A stretch of 64,000 nt of DNA, taken from NCBI GenBank assembly GCA_035624385.1, contig DASPRP010000002.1, forward strand, positions 7,702 through 71,701. The letters are read 5' to 3'. Position 1 is the first letter of the stretch, and each line of letters begins with the position of its first letter. The position numbers and the translations under genes are program-made. Below the pieces are notes generated by a model. The model had not been told where the DNA came from. It ran no database searches and saw only the letters and a list, made by a program, of their open reading frames with translations. This DNA is from Steroidobacteraceae bacterium. GTDB taxonomy: Bacteria > Pseudomonadota > Gammaproteobacteria > Steroidobacterales > Steroidobacteraceae. Shown here one piece after another: positions 58,119-64,000 of the stretch.

Positions 58119-60118
58119 GTGTGGTGGGCCGCGGCTCCGGCGTCAGCGGCGGCGGTCGTTGTGGCGGTGGTCGCCGCGGGCGCGGTGACCGGCGGGGCGG
58201 AGGGCGCGCTGGCCGGGGCTTGAGGCGCGGGCGCCGGCTTCACCCGGCCGTCGGCGTCGAGCAGATACGCGTCCATCACCTTGCGGGCGATGGGGGCGGC
58301 GGCACTCGCGCCCGCGCCGCCGTTCTCCTCGATCACGGCGAGCGCGATGCGCGGCGAGTCCGCTGGCGCGAAGGCGATGAACCAGGAGTGATCGCGCAGC
58401 CGCTCGTTGATGTTCTTGGCGTTGTAGTGCTCGGTGCGCGCCACCGTGAAGACCTGCGCGGTGCCGGTCTTGCCGCCGAAGGTGTAGGGCGCGTGCGCGC
58501 CGATCGCGGCCGCGGTGCCGCGCTGCGTAACGCCTACCATGTCGCGCACCACGCGCTCCCAGTCGGCCGGGGCGATGCCCGTCACCTCGCCGCCCGACGC
58601 CGGCGCCAGGCGCTGCACCTGACCCGTGCGCGGGTCGCGGAAGCCGGTGACCAGGCGCGGCCTCCAGATCCTGCCGCGCGCGGCTATGATGCTGGCGTAG
58701 TGCGCGAGCTGCAGCGGCGTCACGGAGAGGTATCCCTGGCCGATGCCGATGCTCACCGTCTCGCCCGGGAACCAGGCACGGTCCGCGGGCCGGGCAAAGG
58801 CCTTCTCCTTCCATTCCTTCGAGGGAAGGATGCCGGACTTCTCGCCCCCGACGTCGATTCCCGTGAGCGAGCCGAAGCCGAACGGCGCCATGAAGGCGGC
58901 GATACGGTCGATGCCGAGCGTGTCGGCGAGCGCGAAGAAGTACACGTCGCACGACAACACGACGGCATCGTCGAGATCGACGTAGCCGTGGTGCTCGTTG
59001 TGGTACTCGCGGTAGATGAAGGAGCTGCCGGGCAGGTGGAACTGGCCGGCGCAGTAGCGGTGCGCCTGCGGGTCGATGACGTGAAAGGTGAGCGCGGCGA
59101 GCGCCATCGCCGGCTTCACCGTCGAGCCGGGCGGATAGACACCGCGCAGCGCGCGGTTGAAGAGCGGAAGGTCGATGTCGTTGGCGAGTGCGCCGTACTC
59201 GGCCGCGGTGATGCCGCGTGCGAACAGGTTGGGATCGAAGCCCGGCAGGCTCACGAGCGCGAGCACGTCGCCGTTGGCGGGATCGAGCGCCACCACCGCC
59301 CCGCGATGACCGGCGAGCGCCGCTTCGGCAGCGCGCTGCAGTTTCAGGTCGACCGACAGCAGCAGGTCCTCGCCCGCGGCCGGCGCCCGCGTGCGCAGGT
59401 TGGGCACGAACGCCCCCTGGCGCTCGACCGAGCGGCCCTGCGCGTTGACCAGCACCTCGCGGAAGCCGTTCTTGCCGTGCAGCTGCTGCTCGTAGGTGCT
59501 CTCGACGCCGAGCTTGCCGATGAGCGCCGTGCCGGCGTAGGCGGCGCGGTCGATGTGCTTGAGGTCCTGCTCGCTGATCGCGCCCACGTAGCCGAGCGCG
59601 TGCACCGCGAGGTCGCCGTTCGGATACCAGCGCGTCTGGCGGGTCTTGATGTCGATGCCCTGGAACTCGAAGCGCCGCACCGCGAAGCGCGCCACGTCGT
59701 CGTCCGACATGCGCAGCCGGATCGGCACGCTGTCGAAGCTGCGGCTCGAGGCGATGGTGCGCATAAGCTCGTCGGTCTCTTCGGAGCGCAGCAGCCCGAG
59801 CACCACCAGCCGCTTGAGCGTCTCGCGGATGTTCGGCACCTCCTCGGGCACGAGCTCGAGCTGGTAAGCGGGCTGGTTGGCCGCCACGACCTCGCCGTTG
59901 CGATCGAGGATCAGGCCGCGGGCGGCCGGGATCGGCTCGGTGCGCACCCGGTTGCCCTGCGAGAGCTCGGAGTAATAGTCGTGCCGCACCACCTGCAGCA
60001 GGATGAGGCGCGCGATGAGCCCGAGCGTTGCCAGCGCCATGAGCGCGCCGACCAGGAGCGCGCGCCGGTCGAACATGCGCTGCTCGCGCCAATGGTCCTT
60101 GATGCGTACCGCGGGCAT
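58115..60118 (-). CDS. mrdA: Penicillin-binding protein 2 (elongasome transpeptidase)
   Basis: 667 aa. Has an N-terminal TM segment, RG.I.DRNG, STVKP (SxxK), SCD (SxN-like) and KTGTAQ (KTG), with a P/A/T-rich C-terminal tail. Confidence 0.95.
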   Translation of the reverse strand: MPAVRIKDHWREQRMFDRRALLVGALMALATLGLIARLILLQVVRHDYYSELSQGNRVRTEPIPAARGLILDRNGEVVAANQPAYQLELVPEEVPNIRETLKRLVVLGLLRSEETDELMRTIASSRSFDSVPIRLRMSDDDVARFAVRRFEFQGIDIKTRQTRWYPNGDLAVHALGYVGAISEQDLKHIDRAAYAGTALIGKLGVESTYEQQLHGKNGFREVLVNAQGRSVERQGAFVPNLRTRAPAAGEDLLLSVDLKLQRAAEAALAGHRGAVVALDPANGDVLALVSLPGFDPNLFARGITAAEYGALANDIDLPLFNRALRGVYPPGSTVKPAMALAALTFHVIDPQAHRYCAGQFHLPGSSFIYREYHNEHHGYVDLDDAVVLSCDVYFFALADTLGIDRIAAFMAPFGFGSLTGIDVGGEKSGILPSKEWKEKAFARPADRAWFPGETVSIGIGQGYLSVTPLQLAHYASIIAARGRIWRPRLVTGFRDPRTGQVQRLAPASGGEVTGIAPADWERVVRDMVGVTQRGTAAAIGAHAPYTFGGKTGTAQVFTVARTEHYNAKNINERLRDHSWFIAFAPADSPRIALAVIEENGGAGASAAAPIARKVMDAYLLDADGRVKPAPAPQAPASAPSAPPVTAPAATTATTTAAADAGAAAHHT

Positions 60119-60120
60119 CT

Positions 60121-60600
60121 TTAAGCCATCCGTCCCTCGCTATAGGAGAGCAGGGCGGCGGCCGGCGGCCAGACGATGGCGCCCGTCAGGCAGTGCAGCC
60201 AGCGCAGCGGGCTCGTGACCGGATGACCGGTCCAGCCGTCGATCGCGAAGACCACGAACTCGTAGAAGACGAGCGCCGCGAACACCAGCAGCGACTGCTG
60301 GAAGGCCGGCTTGGAGCGGATGCGCTGATGCTCGCGCACCGCGATGTAGGTGACGATCGCGAGTGCCAGCGCATGCTCCCCGAGCACGGGTCCCTGAAAG
60401 ACATCGAGCATGAGCCCCGCGGCGAAGCCGAGCCCGATACCGCCGGCGCGCGGAACGTTGATGGACCAGTAGAGCACCGTGAGCACGAGGAACGCGGGGC
60501 GCAGCACGTCGAGCCACATGGGCAGCGGCAGCACCGTGAGAATGAGCGCGATCAGCGCCGTGAGCGCGATGCGCACCCGCACCTGCGTGACGGTCATCAT
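60121..60600 (-). CDS. mreD: Rod shape-determining protein MreD
   Basis: Track ORF 60121..60981, trimmed to MMTVTQVRVRIALTALIAL (Met 128). The 159 aa hydrophobic protein lies between mreC and mrdA. Confidence 0.88.
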   Translation of the reverse strand: MMTVTQVRVRIALTALIALILTVLPLPMWLDVLRPAFLVLTVLYWSINVPRAGGIGLGFAAGLMLDVFQGPVLGEHALALAIVTYIAVREHQRIRSKPAFQQSLLVFAALVFYEFVVFAIDGWTGHPVTSPLRWLHCLTGAIVWPPAAALLSYSEGRMA

Positions 60601-60607
60601 GTGCGCC

Positions 60608-61735
60608 TCACCGCGGTGGCACCTCGGGCTGCTCCGCGGGCGGCGGCGGGGACTCCTCGGCAGCGTCCGGCGCCGGCACGGGGGGCTCGACGCGCGGCTG
60701 CGGCGCGGCGGGGCGTGCCGCCGGGGCTGGAGCGTGCGCCGTTGCGGCCGGTGGCGGCGGAGTCGTGATGGCGGCGTCGGCGCGCGGCCCCGCGCTCGCG
60801 CGCGGCGGTGCCGCGAGCGGCTGCATGGCAGCGCTGCCGCTCTTGACCTCGGCGGCATTGCTGGTGGTGGCGACCGGGGCTGCCGGGTGGCCCTCGCGGA
60901 ACCACACCAGCATGACCTCGGTGTCGCTGTCGATGTGCGAGAGCGCGGTGGCGCGCACCTGGGCGAGCGGCTGTACCGCATCCCGGTGCACCTCGCTGAC
61001 GCGCGCCACCGGGTAGCCCTCGGGGAACACGCCGCCCAGGCCTGAGGTGAGGAGCAGATCGCCCTTGGTGATGTCGGCGTTGGCCGGCAGATAGGGCAGC
61101 GCGAGCGAGCTCCCGTCGCCGCCGCCGACGGCGATGGTGCGCAGTCCCGTGCGCTCGACCCGCACCGGAACCGCGTGCTCGGGATCGGTGATCAGGATCA
61201 CCTCCGCGCTCCAGGGACCGACGTGGGTCGTCTGCCCGATCAGGCCCCGGTCATCGAGCACCGCCTGGCCCTTGAGCACTCCGTTGGTGGCGCCCCGGTT
61301 GATCAGCAGCCGCTGCCTCAGGCCGCTCAGCTGGATATTGATGATCTCCGCCGGCAGCCAGCGATCGGCGACCGGCGGCAGCGCGTCGCGCAGCCCGCGC
61401 AGCTCGCCGTTCTCATGGGCGAGCGCCTCATAGCGCATCGACAGCAGCTCGAGATCGCGCTGCCGCGACCGCAGCCGCTCGTTCTCGGCGCGCAGCGCCT
61501 CGCGGCTCTTGAAGCTCTCCCTGATCCAGCGCCAGGCGGTCGGCGGGGAGTTTACGGCCAGCTGGATCGGATAGGCGGCCGACTGCAGCGCGTAGCGCAC
61601 CGGCTCGAGGTAATGCCCGCGCTGGTCGAGGTACATGATGACGACGGCGAGCACAGCATAGAGCGTGAAGCGGAAGCCGGGAGAGCCGCCCCGCCCCTGC
61701 AGCGGTCTGCCGGCTGCTGTCCCGAACGCCGCCAC
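60608..61735 (-). CDS. mreC: Rod shape-determining protein MreC, with a long Pro/Ala-rich C-terminal tail
   Basis: 375 aa. Has a TM segment, a coiled coil (ENERLRSRQRDLELL...ENGELRGL), then beta domains (G.A....G.G.IG.V......A.V.LITD, TSGLGGVFPEGYPVA.V). The last roughly 90 aa are P/A-rich. Confidence 0.9.
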   Translation of the reverse strand: MAAFGTAAGRPLQGRGGSPGFRFTLYAVLAVVIMYLDQRGHYLEPVRYALQSAAYPIQLAVNSPPTAWRWIRESFKSREALRAENERLRSRQRDLELLSMRYEALAHENGELRGLRDALPPVADRWLPAEIINIQLSGLRQRLLINRGATNGVLKGQAVLDDRGLIGQTTHVGPWSAEVILITDPEHAVPVRVERTGLRTIAVGGGDGSSLALPYLPANADITKGDLLLTSGLGGVFPEGYPVARVSEVHRDAVQPLAQVRATALSHIDSDTEVMLVWFREGHPAAPVATTSNAAEVKSGSAAMQPLAAPPRASAGPRADAAITTPPPPAATAHAPAPAARPAAPQPRVEPPVPAPDAAEESPPPPAEQPEVPPR

Positions 61736-61758
61736 TTTAGGCTCGCGCGCTCCTTGCG

Positions 61759-62847
<1,089 letters not shown>

Positions 62848-62937
62848 CTAGCAACCGACAGGACATTCAGCAAGGCAACATGTATGATTTTCCGCTCATT
62901 TTCCGCACCTCGCCGCCCTCCTTAGAAGGGTACTCTC

Positions 62938-63228
62938 ATGGCCCTGACCCGCGAGCAGATCGAGAGCATCGCCGCTCTGGCGCGCCTGGAGCTCACCGCC
63001 GAGGAGCTCCCCGTCTATCAGGACAGCCTGTCGCGCATCCTCGAGTTCGTCGGCGCCCTGGAGCGCGCCGATACCGCGAGCGTCACCCCCATGGCGCATC
63101 CGCTGCCCGGGTTGTCGCAGCGGTTGCGGCCCGACGTCGTGACCGAGCAGGACCACCACGCCGAATACCAGCAGAACGCGCCCCAGGTGGCCGCGGGGCT
63201 GTACCTGGTGCCGAAGGTCATCGAGTGA
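62938..63228 (+). CDS. gatC: Asp-tRNA(Asn)/Glu-tRNA(Gln) amidotransferase subunit C
   Basis: 96 aa. [37 protein letters not shown]....T..V.PM.H is GatC. Confidence 0.93.
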   Translation: MALTREQIESIAALARLELTAEELPVYQDSLSRILEFVGALERADTASVTPMAHPLPGLSQRLRPDVVTEQDHHAEYQQNAPQVAAGLYLVPKVIE

Positions 63229-63235
63229 GCGGTCA

Positions 63236-64000
63236 ATGAGTGAACTGCATCACATGGGCCTCGCCGAGCTCGCCGCGGGGCTGCGCGCGCGGCGCTTCTC
63301 GAGCTTCGAGCTCACCGAGACGTTCCTCAAGCGCATCGAGGCGAGCCAGGGCGCCCTCAACGCCTTCATCTCGGTGACGCGCGAGGCGGCGCTCGCGCAG
63401 GCCGCGGCGGCCGACCGGGCGCTCGCCGCCGGCACGGGGGGCGCGCTCGAGGGCGTGCCGGTCGCGCACAAGGACCTGTTCTGTACGAAGGGCGTGCGCA
63501 CCACCTGCGGCTCGCGCATGCTCGATAAGTTCGTCTCGCCCTACGACGCCACGGTGGTCGCCAAGCTCAAGAGCGCCGGCGCCGTCATGCTCGGCAAGAC
63601 CAACATGGACGAGTTCGCCATGGGCTCGTCGAACGAGACGAGCTACTACGGACCGGTGCGCAATCCCTGGGATCCGCGCCTGGTGCCGGGCGGCTCCTCG
63701 GGCGGCTCGGCCGCCGCCGTCGCGGCGCGGCTCGTGCCGGGCGCCACCGCGACCGATACCGGCGGCTCGATTCGCCAGCCCGCGGCGCTCTGCGGCATCA
63801 CGGGACTGAAGCCCACCTACGGGCGCGTGTCGCGCTACGGCATGGTGGCCTTCGCCTCGAGCCTCGACCAGGGCGGGGTGCTGACGGCGAGCGCTGCCGA
63901 TGCCGCGCTCATGCTGCGCGAGATGGCCGGCTTCGACCCGAACGACTCGACCAGCGTCGAGCGCGAGGTGCCCGACTACGTCGCCGAGCTCGACGCGCCG
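63236..64000 (+). CDS. gatA: Asp-tRNA(Asn)/Glu-tRNA(Gln) amidotransferase subunit A (5' part, runs off the window)
   Basis: Read directly from the ATG at 63236: [47 protein letters not shown]..., [24 protein letters not shown], and the amidase signature [13 protein letters not shown]...[11 protein letters not shown]. The frame stays open to 64000. Confidence 0.93.
   Translation, partial: MSELHHMGLAELAAGLRARRFSSFELTETFLKRIEASQGALNAFISVTREAALAQAAAADRALAAGTGGALEGVPVAHKDLFCTKGVRTTCGSRMLDKFVSPYDATVVAKLKSAGAVMLGKTNMDEFAMGSSNETSYYGPVRNPWDPRLVPGGSSGGSAAAVAARLVPGATATDTGGSIRQPAALCGITGLKPTYGRVSRYGMVAFASSLDQGGVLTASAADAALMLREMAGFDPNDSTSVEREVPDYVAELDAP

Noticed and set aside
58121-60124. 667-aa + strand ORF and 649-aa alternative - frame ORF (58143..60092) over mrdA
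   Set aside because: Only the 58115..60118 minus frame contains the SxxK and KTG motifs and the TM anchor of PBP2. The other frames are GC-driven open frames.

Overview
This 64 kb window is very GC-rich and densely coding. It looks like a core chromosomal segment of a Gammaproteobacterium, because several gene blocks follow Pseudomonas/Xanthomonas-type order. I support about 60 protein genes and found no rRNA, tRNA, CRISPR array, transposase or integrase.

Recognisable blocks, left to right:
- A lower-GC left flank with a YjbR-like protein, a secreted RidA-like protein and an FDH-type formyltransferase.
- A periplasmic amidohydrolase followed by the large helicase Lhr.
- DUF3014, PH/SHOCT and SWIM small proteins.
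- A complete pqqABCDE operon. The 24-codon pqqA is absent from the ORF track and was found by eye. A peptide deformylase paralog and a DUF3224 gene follow it.
- GNAT, yebC, an acyl-CoA desaturase and a YVTN propeller protein.
- An AspC/TyrB aminotransferase followed by putA, then GFA and cupin genes.
- A YyaL-type thioredoxin-domain protein and an 11-Asp-box double-propeller protein.
- rlmI, then lgt-thyA-SET-kup-folA.
- A two-gene lower-GC islet encoding secreted proteins.
- A four-gene, translationally coupled aerobic kynurenine-pathway operon (3-HAO, cyclase/KynB-like, kynU, kmo).
- lptD-surA-pdxA-rsmA-usp-apaG-apaH, divergent from amgK-murU.
- lipA-lipB.
- The cell-shape and cell-wall operon mreBCD-mrdA-rodA-mltB-rlpA-dacC-dat. 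Its last gene encodes a membrane-anchored TIR-domain protein with a periplasmic TPR sensor.
- gatC-gatA (gatA is truncated at the window edge).

Most long ORFs in the track are antisense or out-of-frame artefacts of the high GC content. Many real genes have artificially extended N-termini in the track, and I trimmed them.

The best candidate for something new is the TIR-TM-TPR gene at the end of the cell-wall operon. Secondary points of interest:
- the def paralog attached to pqqE;
- the divergent cyclase in the KynB slot;
- the SET-domain gene coupled to thyA;
- a palindromic ATTATAAT in the 15-bp lptD/amgK gap.

All functional calls come from reading the translated sequences and recalling family motifs. 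No database search was run.
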